Origin: a virus
Taxonomy: Duplodnaviria > Caudoviricetes
Virus record (IMG/VR): IMGVR_UViG_3300034954_001794
Span: 1 to 29,237 of that record
Direction: 5' to 3' (one strand)
DNA length: 29,237 bases
This document shows positions 1-8,598 of the stretch, one piece after another. A model generated the notes under the pieces. That model made no database searches. It saw only the letters and a program-made list of their open reading frames with translations, and was not told the origin of the DNA. Within the stretch, counting starts at the first letter, position 1, and the number at the start of each line of letters is the position of its first letter. The translations under genes and the position numbers were made by a program.

Positions 1-2166
1 AGCACTATTTGTAACTAGATCACCGCCGTCCCAGGCCCAACCAACGTATGTGTTGTTATTGCCGTTAATGTCGCCTGCGCTACCTATACTGAAACCATCG
101 CTATTAAACGCAGTGAGAAGCCCATTATCGGTATAAGTGCCGTTTGCTGAATTAGTTCTAAGTGCGTTATGCACACCTCTAATAGTATCAAACAAAGCAT
201 GGAAACCAGTACTGTTTCTTTGTTTAGTCCATACAAGGTCTGGAGAAAAGCTGTAACCAGTTATGTTTTGAGTGCTGTTGTTACCAGTCCACAACTTCGT
301 GTCAAAATGCTTACTCGGGTCCTCAATTGTTGGGTCGGGTAAGTTTGCTGTGCAAAGTGCTTTGTATCCACTCGGGGCCGCCGTATTGAACTGCCGTTGG
401 CCAAAGTTTGCTGTAAATGAGTAGCCGTCTGCTGCATTAATATGGCTTACGGCAGGGAAAATAGTTTCGCCGTCTAGCCCTGAGGCAACGCTTCCTGTGC
501 CTGCGGCTGGATTGCCAGAATTAATATAAGTACCATTTACAGAGAAATATAACTTGCCATTGTCCATGTCAATAGCAACACCAATAATGTCACCCAGAGA
601 AATAGACGGCATACTGCTTACGTATGAACCAAAGCCGTTGTTATAAACATGCGTTGAGCCAAACCCAGCACTTTTAGCACTTGTATCCGCATAGCCAACA
701 TAATACGTATGGCCATGTGGTTTATTAACAACCCCTACAGCGCCTATATTTCCTGACGTAAATACCCCTTCCCAGTAATATTTTCCGCTAGTGACTCCCA
801 TGCTTCCAACGTGCATAGCGTAATTAGCGTATAGACCGCCTGTCCAGCCAGTGCTAGCTGCATGAGATGCCTCAAGATTTCCGTTGGCAAGGGCGATAAT
901 ATTTGTAGTAATAATAAGCGGGTTCCAGGTGCAGTAGTTCCCGCTAACTTCTCCCCCCACACCAGTGTCGTCTGCTGCGTCGCCGTTGGTTGGAGAGTCG
1001 CGTACAACATCTCCACTAGCAGTTGAATTAACAAGAATAGTATTGTCTAATCTAATAGCAAATAATTTGACGTAGTTAGTGCCTACGTCTGAGATGCCAA
1101 CACTGGTCAGAGTACCGGAAGAACCAACAATTGAGGTAATATCGTACCAAGCAGCTGTTGATGCTGGAGTGTTCCAGGTTGGTGAGGCGTCTGAACCATT
1201 GACAAAAAACGAGCCGCCATATTGTAGAGCATAGATCTCAAATTTACTGCTCCAAGTGACAGGTCTTGGTAATGTAAGTGTTGAAGTTGTTGTTGAGTAA
1301 GTGAAGGCGCCTGTAGATAAACTACCGTCAAATGCATTAGCCCAACCGCTATACAGAGTACTTGTAAAGCTACCGCTAGAAAATACCTGACCATCTTGCG
1401 CAATTAAATTATTTACAGTCCAGTTGTTGCTATTACCACTGCTATCAGTACCTAAGGCACTGTCAGAACTGTTGTCAGAGAAGTCAAGGTGGAAGCCGTT
1501 AGTGCCGTAGGAGCCTGAATAGGCCTTAGGTTGCCAAACACCGTTGTCATCATCGGGTTTACCAAAGTCAGATGCTGACGCTGCGATGCCGTCGAGAAAA
1601 TGTATGTCGGCTAAATAACCATCCCAATTTAATCCGTTATAAGATCCCAGTTGGCCTATTGCTATAAGCCTTCCAGAGTCATTGAATTGAATATCGTGGT
1701 TTTGGCTTGGATAAGTATTGTATGTAGAATTAAATTCTGTAATTAAACTACCGTTAACCCAATACTTTACCCTGTTAGACGCTGTTGCTTGCGTGGTATC
1801 TATGCTTACTACGAGGTGATACCAAGCTGTCGGATCTCTAAATACAGCTGCAGATTGCAGATTCCAGATCCAAGCATTTGTAGAGTATTCTCCAACTTGC
1901 AAGTAGTCACCTGTAAGTGTCACATATAAACCACTCACCGCACTTGCGTTTGTTGAGCTGATAATTGATGCATAACTTTGTGTCAGATTGGATCTCTTAA
2001 ACCAACAGCTAAATGTAAATGTTCTTGTGGATCCACTAGAGCTTGGAGTCCATGTTAATGAAGGAGTATCATCATCATTAAACCTAAGGCTACGTTTAAT
2101 CTGATAGTCACCACCTGCCGCCTGGCCGGAAGCGCCAGCAAGTGCACTGGTATTAATTACGCTCAT
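1..2166 (-). CDS. Tail fibre / receptor-binding protein with LamG (concanavalin-like) and SPRY domains, truncated at the window edge
   Basis: Not in the ORF track because it has no stop in the window. ATG at 2166 overlaps the stop of the upstream gene (ATGA). Segments translated by hand, all in the same frame: MSVINTSALAGASGQAAGGDYQIKRSLRFNDDD...TFTFSCWFKRSNL, YGTNGFHLDFSDNSSDSALGTDSSG, GNYCTWNPL...LANGNL, MGVTSGKYYWE (SPRY-like), FSPDLVWTKQR and YVGWAWDGG. These motifs are typical of cyanophage fibre proteins. Confidence 0.85.
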   Translation of the reverse strand, partial: MSVINTSALAGASGQAAGGDYQIKRSLRFNDDDTPSLTWTPSSSGSTRTFTFSCWFKRSNLTQSYASIISSTNASAVSGLYVTLTGDYLQVGEYSTNAWIWNLQSAAVFRDPTAWYHLVVSIDTTQATASNRVKYWVNGSLITEFNSTYNTYPSQNHDIQFNDSGRLIAIGQLGSYNGLNWDGYLADIHFLDGIAASASDFGKPDDDNGVWQPKAYSGSYGTNGFHLDFSDNSSDSALGTDSSGNSNNWTVNNLIAQDGQVFSSGSFTSTLYSGWANAFDGSLSTGAFTYSTTTSTLTLPRPVTWSSKFEIYALQYGGSFFVNGSDASPTWNTPASTAAWYDITSIVGSSGTLTSVGISDVGTNYVKLFAIRLDNTILVNSTASGDVVRDSPTNGDAADDTGVGGEVSGNYCTWNPLIITTNIIALANGNLEASHAASTGWTGGLYANYAMHVGSMGVTSGKYYWEGVFTSGNIGAVGVVNKPHGHTYYVGYADTSAKSAGFGSTHVYNNGFGSYVSSMPSISLGDIIGVAIDMDNGKLYFSVNGTYINSGNPAAGTGSVASGLDGETIFPAVSHINAADGYSFTANFGQRQFNTAAPSGYKALCTANLPDPTIEDPSKHFDTKLWTGNNSTQNITGYSFSPDLVWTKQRNSTGFHALFDTIRGVHNALRTNSANGTYTDNGLLTAFNSDGFSIGSAGDINGNNNTYVGWAWDGGDLVTNSA

Positions 2167-2696
2167 GAGTAAGCAGCGGTAAAGACAGCGTGAATCGAAG
2201 TACCAGAGCGGACGATGTAATCGATCCGATCAACAGCATCTCCAGCAGTAGAAAGCGTCGGCGCACCTGCGCTGCCGCCTGCAAATTCCCAACTCGATCC
2301 GTAATTCAAGATGCGGCCGCCCGTACTATCTTGAACAACAAAGATTGATCCGCTTTGCCCTGCGGTTAAGTTTGACGGATTGTTTAATGTGCATGTGTTC
2401 GTGTTGGCCAGTGTCAATTCAAAGTTATTTGCTGTAGCAAAATCCAGTGTTTTAGTCGTGTCACCTGCCGCAACCGCAATGGCTGAGATAGCGCCACGCT
2501 GAGCAGCAGTGAAGTTCTGGGCAACGTCAGTCTTGGCGGTGTCTGCGTCGAACGCTTGAATTGTCGACCCAATGTCAGACGTATTGGCTTTTGCATTTAG
2601 CTGAGCCGCTGTTGGGATCCCACTTACTGCAATGTCGCTATCTGTACCAGAGTTATCGAAGGTCAGAGTGTCTGCCTTGATCTTTCCGTAAGCCAT
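2163..2696 (-). CDS. Tail fibre-associated structural protein
   Basis: 177 aa with AQNFTAAQRG, LDFATANNFELTL, NPSNLTAGQSGSIFVVQD and APTLST...AVDRIDY, a beta-rich module commonly seen just upstream of LamG fibre genes in marine phages. Translationally coupled to the next gene. Confidence 0.7.
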   Translation of the reverse strand: MAYGKIKADTLTFDNSGTDSDIAVSGIPTAAQLNAKANTSDIGSTIQAFDADTAKTDVAQNFTAAQRGAISAIAVAAGDTTKTLDFATANNFELTLANTNTCTLNNPSNLTAGQSGSIFVVQDSTGGRILNYGSSWEFAGGSAGAPTLSTAGDAVDRIDYIVRSGTSIHAVFTAAYS

Positions 2697-2702
2697 GATT
2701 AA

Positions 2703-3887
2703 TTACCTTCTGATTGCAAGACTTGAGTTCGACCCAACAGTCACTGTTACACCTGAATCTAGCGCTATTGGACCATTGCACGATGCGTTGATGTTGGCTG
2801 CAATCACTTTGTTTTCGGTCAATGTCTGAGGAGTCTCAAGGAACTGCCCGCCGACATTTCCGAACGCAAGAACACCATTTCCATCGGTAATGACAGCCTG
2901 ACCTGCGGAGCCATCTGTGTCTGGAAGAGTGAATGTTACCGAGGATGTTGCGCTTTGGCTTTTCTTGAAAGCTGTAAATTGGCCACCGCCGCCTGAGTTT
3001 TGCTGAAAGGCGAAGGTTTTATCCCCTCTAATCTCAATATCCGCGCTGATAAATTGATTGATATATATAAAGGAGTGGGTGTGCAGGTCCCGCTTAATCA
3101 GGACGCCTTCTAAAGTAGTTTCAAGACTGCCGTCGTTGAGGCTATTGAGCTTAAGTTCGACCTTTCCTGAGCTCCCTAGGACAATCTCGTTGCTGTCATT
3201 AGTCACCCAAGACAGATTGCCGCTCGACCCACTTGTCTGCAGGATCTGTCCAGCCGTTCCCGCATCGTCTGGCAGTGTCAGCGTGTAGTTAGCAGCTGCA
3301 CTGTGAGCAGGGCCTTTGAGCTTGACGCCATGGGCATTCGTCTCACAGTTCAGTGTGATGCCTCCAGATCCAGTGCCTGAGTCACCTAGTACCACTGGCG
3401 AAAGGCTCTTCAGGTATCGACCATCTGGGTCTTTTGCTGCAAAGCTCCGATACTCCCAACTACTGCCGCTGCTGTTGTATTCGAGCCTCACCAGCAGGTT
3501 TGACGCACCTACGAATCCAGAAGGCAAGCCGCTAAGCGGGCTAAAACTTTGAACCCCTGTTGAATCGAGAAGCTCGATCTTGTCACCGTTGGCGGGACTG
3601 GCTGAGATCGCCGCGACATTGGCTACTTCTACATAGATATCAGCCGTTGCAGCTAGAGCCTGGTTCGCCGTGGCGATAGCTGATGCGTTATCACCACCAA
3701 CCGTTGTCCACTGCGAGCCGTCATACAGCATGAAGCGGGAGGTGCTGGTGTCAAACCATTGATCACCAGAGACCGCAGGACTCGGGGCATTTGCCTGCCG
3801 GGGGATATTCGCACTGTGCTCAATCCGATCATTGATCGGCATTTCTTGCACAACGCCATTGACTAAAACGAGTGCGAAACGATTCAT
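2703..3887 (-). CDS. Tail fibre protein
   Basis: 394 aa with GDQWFDTSTSRFMLYDGSQW and two fibre-shaft repeats (YTLTLPDDAGTAGQILQTSGSSGNLSW; VTFTLPDTDGSAGQAVITDGNGVLAF), and a C-terminal GPIALDSGVTVTVGSNSSL. Confidence 0.75.
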   Translation of the reverse strand: MNRFALVLVNGVVQEMPINDRIEHSANIPRQANAPSPAVSGDQWFDTSTSRFMLYDGSQWTTVGGDNASAIATANQALAATADIYVEVANVAAISASPANGDKIELLDSTGVQSFSPLSGLPSGFVGASNLLVRLEYNSSGSSWEYRSFAAKDPDGRYLKSLSPVVLGDSGTGSGGITLNCETNAHGVKLKGPAHSAAANYTLTLPDDAGTAGQILQTSGSSGNLSWVTNDSNEIVLGSSGKVELKLNSLNDGSLETTLEGVLIKRDLHTHSFIYINQFISADIEIRGDKTFAFQQNSGGGGQFTAFKKSQSATSSVTFTLPDTDGSAGQAVITDGNGVLAFGNVGGQFLETPQTLTENKVIAANINASCNGPIALDSGVTVTVGSNSSLAIRR

Positions 3888-4447
3888 CAGGTAGTCAGCG
3901 CTGGAGTTACAGGGTGGACATCAAGCTTTGTGGCCGAAACTGCCGTGCCTACCTGGACTGAGTACAAGCCTCCGCCGCTTGGAGCGGTAGTCGTAATCGC
4001 TCCATCAAGGCCCAGGAAGTATTCAGATCCAATGGTCAACCCCGTGTATCCGCCGCATGGGCCACGCACCACGATCTTTACCGGTTGATCGGCTGCGGAT
4101 ACTGCCTCTTTGACCATGCCCAAAACATTGGCCCGCTCGAAAGTAGCTGCGTTTGTGGCCTTGTAAATCTTGCCGTCCGAGGCCTTCACGTAGACAACAT
4201 CGCCTTCACTCAGCGCTTCACCTGAGGTTGTTGGGACGACCGACGAATTTCCAGAAGTGCCACTGATCGCTGCTTCAAGATCAATCAATGCCTGAATGAT
4301 TCCAGCTGTATTGGAGGGATATGTCGTCACGGTGCCTCCAGCAGCGTCAATGCATGCATTAATTGCGGCAATAATGCCTGATGTATTTTCTGCGTACCGA
4401 CCTCCAAAAAGAGGTTGAACGCGAGGATTAAGAGGCTCAGTTGCCAC
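3887..4447 (-). CDS. Virion structural protein, C-terminal half resembling capsid cement/spike-base (DUF2190-like) domains
   Basis: GTG start with GAGGAGG upstream. Motif SGEALSEGDVVYV...DGKIYKA...VLGMV...GLTIGSEYFLGLDGAITTTAP. Lies within a structural operon. Confidence 0.55.
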   Translation of the reverse strand: MATEPLNPRVQPLFGGRYAENTSGIIAAINACIDAAGGTVTTYPSNTAGIIQALIDLEAAISGTSGNSSVVPTTSGEALSEGDVVYVKASDGKIYKATNAATFERANVLGMVKEAVSAADQPVKIVVRGPCGGYTGLTIGSEYFLGLDGAITTTAPSGGGLYSVQVGTAVSATKLDVHPVTPALTT

Positions 4448-4484
4448 GGCTTATGTTATTGCCTCCTCGCGTATTCTAAATGGC

Positions 4485-5927
4485 TTATGGAACTATCTTT
4501 GGCGTAGTTGGTGCTGTATCTGGCAGGAACTCAAGGATCGGATAATCCACACCACCTTTTGGCACCGTGTCTTGAAATTGCTGTGTTGTCGCGTTGAAGC
4601 ACTTTAAGTTCTGAGTACCTCGTTCCATCCACCAATCATTGTTTCTGCACCAGGAAGCAAGTGGTTCAATTCGGTCGTTCCAGAGCATCGGCAAATTGCT
4701 CGGCCTAATGTTCTCGCGGACATCACCGCCTGGGAAAAGAGTCAGTCCTGCTGATTCGGCAATTGTCAGCACAAAACGATCGAAGCTCAACCGGCGATTT
4801 CTGAAGTATCTCAAATACTCCTCGGGGTCCAAGGCTTTCTCGGCTGAAGCCATGAATTCCAGTACATCCCTTTCGGATGCTGTGGGATAGTCATCAGGCT
4901 CAAGCCATGGGACGCCGCATGCCCATCGCTGTGCGTGAATGTGTTTGCACTCGCGACGTTGATCCTTGCGACTAGCGAGAGACCGCCACTGCCGGTAGTA
5001 GCCGACGCCTTCGCTCTCCCAGGCACTGATGACACTCCTGTTTGCGTTGGGCAGAGGGAATGTGTCGAGAGTCGCTTTTGACTGAACGGTATCCAGGTTC
5101 GCGACTGCTCCTCCCAGGCAATCAGGGCAACAACAGAAGAATGTGAACGATGATGCCAGATACTTCGAGCCATCATCCTTCCATTTCAGAACTGGAACGG
5201 TCGGATCATCAGGGTCATATTTCTCTTTCTTCCAGTAGATATTCCCATTACGGTTGACTCGTCGGTGAGGTTTCGACAAGTCAAATGTCATCGTCATGCT
5301 CGCCGTGGAGACGGCAATCAGCGTGAAGGCAACTGCGTCAGTGTCTTGCCTGACCAGATCGTCTGGAAAGCTTGGTCCAGAAGCCGAGTCCTCGAATTGG
5401 TCGCCGATGCAGACGTTGTAGATACCTAGCTGTTGAGCGTTGTAGATGCCCGTGACGTTGTAGGTGATCGTGTGGTTGCTGGGGTCTGGATCAGATTGGT
5501 TGTAAGTCAATGCAGAGGACTGGATTGCCTGGGGGAATAAAAAGCTCCCCCTAACCCTGGTGGCTACATACCAAGCGTTCTCCGGGCTTGTTGCACTAGG
5601 GAACAGCGTGACAACCTCTCGGCTTCCTGTCGTCTCGATTTCGTCAGTAGTCGAGGATGGGTTCTGGTTAAGGAACCTGGCCAGGATGTTGAACTGCCTG
5701 TCTCCCCAGGTGCGCCCTTTGCCGAAGTAGTACTCCTGGCCAAGCTTCCATCGCTTGTAGTCGGACTCTCGGTTGTACTGCTCAATGACAGTAGGGAACT
5801 GAACGGATCCGTACTCACCCGCTCCTGTCCCGGCGCTGGGGTACAAACCCTTGGCCTTTTGCGGTACTGGCTTCTTGACGGACGAGAACTTGAAATTCCG
5901 ACCAAAGGAGCCCAGACCCTTAGCCAT
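4485..5927 (-). CDS. Hypothetical protein with a split SWIM-like zinc-binding motif
   Basis: 480-aa ORF containing FFCCCPDC and, about 55 aa later, RRECKHIHA (CxC...CxH pattern). Confidence 0.6.
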   Translation of the reverse strand: MAKGLGSFGRNFKFSSVKKPVPQKAKGLYPSAGTGAGEYGSVQFPTVIEQYNRESDYKRWKLGQEYYFGKGRTWGDRQFNILARFLNQNPSSTTDEIETTGSREVVTLFPSATSPENAWYVATRVRGSFLFPQAIQSSALTYNQSDPDPSNHTITYNVTGIYNAQQLGIYNVCIGDQFEDSASGPSFPDDLVRQDTDAVAFTLIAVSTASMTMTFDLSKPHRRVNRNGNIYWKKEKYDPDDPTVPVLKWKDDGSKYLASSFTFFCCCPDCLGGAVANLDTVQSKATLDTFPLPNANRSVISAWESEGVGYYRQWRSLASRKDQRRECKHIHAQRWACGVPWLEPDDYPTASERDVLEFMASAEKALDPEEYLRYFRNRRLSFDRFVLTIAESAGLTLFPGGDVRENIRPSNLPMLWNDRIEPLASWCRNNDWWMERGTQNLKCFNATTQQFQDTVPKGGVDYPILEFLPDTAPTTPKIVP

Positions 5928-6027
5928 GGTTTTTTCTATGCCGCGATGACGCTGGTCGGCAGTCCCAGAGGTGCGCGAAGAAGACCGTGACTGATGCCAT
6001 CAACACAGTGCTTGCGATAACCAACAT
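5920..6027 (-). CDS. Small single-pass membrane protein (35 aa)
   Basis: Hand translation: MLVIASTVLMASVTVFFAHLWDCRPASSRHRKNHG*. Its ATG overlaps the upstream stop (TGATG) and its end overlaps the downstream ATG, exactly filling the gap. Hydrophobic N-terminus and basic tail. Confidence 0.5.
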   Translation of the reverse strand: MLVIASTVLMASVTVFFAHLWDCRPASSRHRKNHG

Positions 6028-6773
6028 CAACGGAACCTTGAGGCGTAATAACCGGCAGCTCCTCTACCGCTAGAGAGTCCAGCCGATGGAGCTCCACTCG
6101 GAGCTGTTTGACGGCGCTGTGCTGTTTGCATGCGTTCGACTACCGGGCCTTTGCGACTCAAGACGCTGTCGGTCAAACCACCTTCTGCTTTTGCCGCTTT
6201 TGTGATTGCACTGTCGTCACCCGAGTCTTGGAACCTGGCATCACCTCCACTTAGATCGCCAATTCCGCTTGTAGTCTGCTGGCGACCTCCCGTTGTCGCG
6301 CCTGATCGGATCGCTCGCAGTTGCTGTCCGACTGCTTCCTCTCGGTAGCGATTGGCTTCTTGTCTCGCTGCCTCAAACTCAGTTGTTCGCCGGTTGAACT
6401 TGTCTTCAAAGTCTGCGGCTGATTGCTGGTATTCCTGGGACTGCTGGAGAGCTCCCTGGTACTGATCGGTCAGCGTGCTGACTTGGCCCTTGTAGTCTTC
6501 CAGCCGACTCTCAAAGTCTCGGATTCGGCCCTCATACTCACTGCGCAATTTTGCAGCTTCGTCCTGTGCTGCATTTCTCTGTTGCTTAAGACCTTCAGCC
6601 TGTGAAGCGGTATCCCTGATAATTGCATCCCTAGCCCTCCAGCCCATTGGCATTCCAGAGGGGCCAATTGCAGCAGCAATCTGCTTGGGGTTTAGGCCAG
6701 CAGCTCGGGCTCTTTGGTATGACTTGAGTCCGAAGCCTCCTTGATCGCCTCGGAACTGGTGGAGTATCGACAT
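6027..6773 (-). CDS. Coiled-coil protein, paralog of 6773..7570
   Basis: 248 aa with a long Q/E/A/R helical region. Shares EAxRYRxEAVGxQL, LSRKGPVVER and terminal YYASRFR with its neighbour. Confidence 0.75.
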   Translation of the reverse strand: MSILHQFRGDQGGFGLKSYQRARAAGLNPKQIAAAIGPSGMPMGWRARDAIIRDTASQAEGLKQQRNAAQDEAAKLRSEYEGRIRDFESRLEDYKGQVSTLTDQYQGALQQSQEYQQSAADFEDKFNRRTTEFEAARQEANRYREEAVGQQLRAIRSGATTGGRQQTTSGIGDLSGGDARFQDSGDDSAITKAAKAEGGLTDSVLSRKGPVVERMQTAQRRQTAPSGAPSAGLSSGRGAAGYYASRFR

Positions 6774-7570
6774 TACCTAAAACGACTTGCGTAGTAACTG
6801 GATGATTGAGTTGGAGGAGCCTGGCCTCCACCAGATGATGCTGCTCTGCGTGGCTCAGCTCGGGCTATTCGCTCAACGACTGGGCCTTTGCGTGACAGTG
6901 CGCCGCTTTCTGCTTGGATATTCTTCTCGATTTGAACAGCCTTGTCGTCGGCTGACCGGTATCCGGTCCCGCCTGAAGCAAGACTTCCTCTTCCAGCTCC
7001 ACCAGCGTTTGAACCGCCAATAGTTGAACCGCTGCGAAGCCCAGCCAGCTGACGACCTACTGCCTCGTTGCGATAGCGTTCGGCCTCCTGTCTGGCAGCT
7101 TGGTATTCAGCAGATTTCGACTGGAATTGATTTTCCCAGTCGGACGCAGCGCGCTGGTACTCGTTGGCCTTACTCGTCCAATCCTGAACCTGCCCTAGGG
7201 CAGTTTGGTATTGACCTGCAAGCTGAATTTGTCTTTCCTTGTAATCCTCAATATCGTCTTCAAAACCTTTGATGCGACTTTCATAGCCACCGATTCTCTC
7301 TTGGAGCTTATCTCGTTCACCTGCCGCTAGATCGTATTTAGCTTGAATATCTCTTGCCTTCGTATTAGCAACATCAATTGCTCGCTGATTATCAAACGCC
7401 TGCCTTGCCTTGTACGCCCTGCCTTCATCTGAGCCCTGGATTTCGTAGGCAATCTCATAGGGATTGCGCCCGCCTTGCATCTGGGCCAAGTAGCCTTTCC
7501 GGCCCTCTTCGTCTGGCGCTCGGCCTAGGTAATTCTGATAAAACTCATTAATGAGTTGCTCATAATTCAT
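6773..7570 (-). CDS. DUF4214-like domain + coiled-coil protein
   Basis: N-terminal INEFYQNYLGRAPDEEGRKGYLAQMQGG...EIAYEIQGSDE fits the DUF4214 pattern (Y...LGRxPDxxG...SxE), followed by a coiled coil and a YYASRFR end. Confidence 0.7.
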   Translation of the reverse strand: MNYEQLINEFYQNYLGRAPDEEGRKGYLAQMQGGRNPYEIAYEIQGSDEGRAYKARQAFDNQRAIDVANTKARDIQAKYDLAAGERDKLQERIGGYESRIKGFEDDIEDYKERQIQLAGQYQTALGQVQDWTSKANEYQRAASDWENQFQSKSAEYQAARQEAERYRNEAVGRQLAGLRSGSTIGGSNAGGAGRGSLASGGTGYRSADDKAVQIEKNIQAESGALSRKGPVVERIARAEPRRAASSGGGQAPPTQSSSYYASRFR

Positions 7571-8106
7571 CAGAAGAAACCTCCCTGAGCAAAGACGTTG
7601 ACTCGAGTAGCAGAACTAGGCGCTGTCAAAGCTGCACTCACCCCGACGTAGAGGACAGCACCTGAAGGCACATATAGACCGGTATTTTTCTTATCCAGCT
7701 CTGAGGCAAAAGTCGTGGTTGTTGCGGCTGGCCCCGCAAGGTTCGGGACAGGAACGCTTAATGCTGGTAGTGAGATATTGGTGCGATCACCAATAGCCGA
7801 AGAAGAGATTGTCGCGCTTGCAACGCAGACTGTGTTGGCCGATGTAATCGCGGCTGGCGCCGTTGCAATACTCAGGAAGGCAAGCACCTTAGAGGCAGTT
7901 GTACTGGCTTCATTCGCAATGATCGATAAACTGTCAACCACCGCACCGTCGTTACTTAGGCAGTCAACTAGCAGTACACAGCCTCCACCACTTGGAGTGT
8001 TTAAATTCGTGGCATCGGTCAAGGCAGCTGCGCCGCCGACTGATGCAAAGGAATGCAGCGGCCTGTCAACCAGCAGCGGCATTTTGTTAGAACTACTGGT
8101 TGCCAA
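7570..8106 (-). CDS. Putative virion structural protein
   Basis: TTG start preceded by AGGAG. 178 aa, beta-rich and Ala/Ser/Thr-rich, ending NVFAQGGFF. Coupled to the downstream gene. Confidence 0.6.
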   Translation of the reverse strand: MATSSSNKMPLLVDRPLHSFASVGGAAALTDATNLNTPSGGGCVLLVDCLSNDGAVVDSLSIIANEASTTASKVLAFLSIATAPAAITSANTVCVASATISSSAIGDRTNISLPALSVPVPNLAGPAATTTTFASELDKKNTGLYVPSGAVLYVGVSAALTAPSSATRVNVFAQGGFF

Positions 8107-8130
8107 TTTACAACTCCTGTTTAACTAATC

Positions 8131-8598
8131 TTACTGAGCTTTCTTGCTATCAGTACGGCGTTTGATGTTGCGGCCAGGGCCTTTACCAAAGCCACTGAAG
8201 CTCGTACTCATGCCAGTCGCGGGGCCAGGGCTTTGCATGAAATTAGGGCGGTCTAATTTCGGATCAGTTGGGGCATTGTTGAAGTACTTGCCCTGCTGAG
8301 TTGGTCTCGAGGCAACTGGCAAATCTTGTTCAACTATCTGCTCGCCATCACCGTAAGGATTACGGCGGAAGACAACATCACCATCGGGTTGCCCGCTAGG
8401 AGCGAAGTGGCTGCTTGCAGGCGTGAAGGACTGAAAATTATTAGGGTTGTTAGGTACACCATTTGGCGTCGCGCTGAAAAAGTTTTTCGTCTCGCGATGA
8501 CCTGTTGAATCTTCGTACCAGTCGTTCATCCGAGTGGCACGTTTGGGACCCCTACGGTGCTTATAAAAGTCTTCGTTGGAATGTGAGGGCTTAGTCAT
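8131..8598 (-). CDS. Hypothetical protein
   Basis: 155-aa hydrophilic ORF, coupled to the upstream gene by an ATGA overlap, same strand as the operon. Confidence 0.6.
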   Translation of the reverse strand: MTKPSHSNEDFYKHRRGPKRATRMNDWYEDSTGHRETKNFFSATPNGVPNNPNNFQSFTPASSHFAPSGQPDGDVVFRRNPYGDGEQIVEQDLPVASRPTQQGKYFNNAPTDPKLDRPNFMQSPGPATGMSTSFSGFGKGPGRNIKRRTDSKKAQ

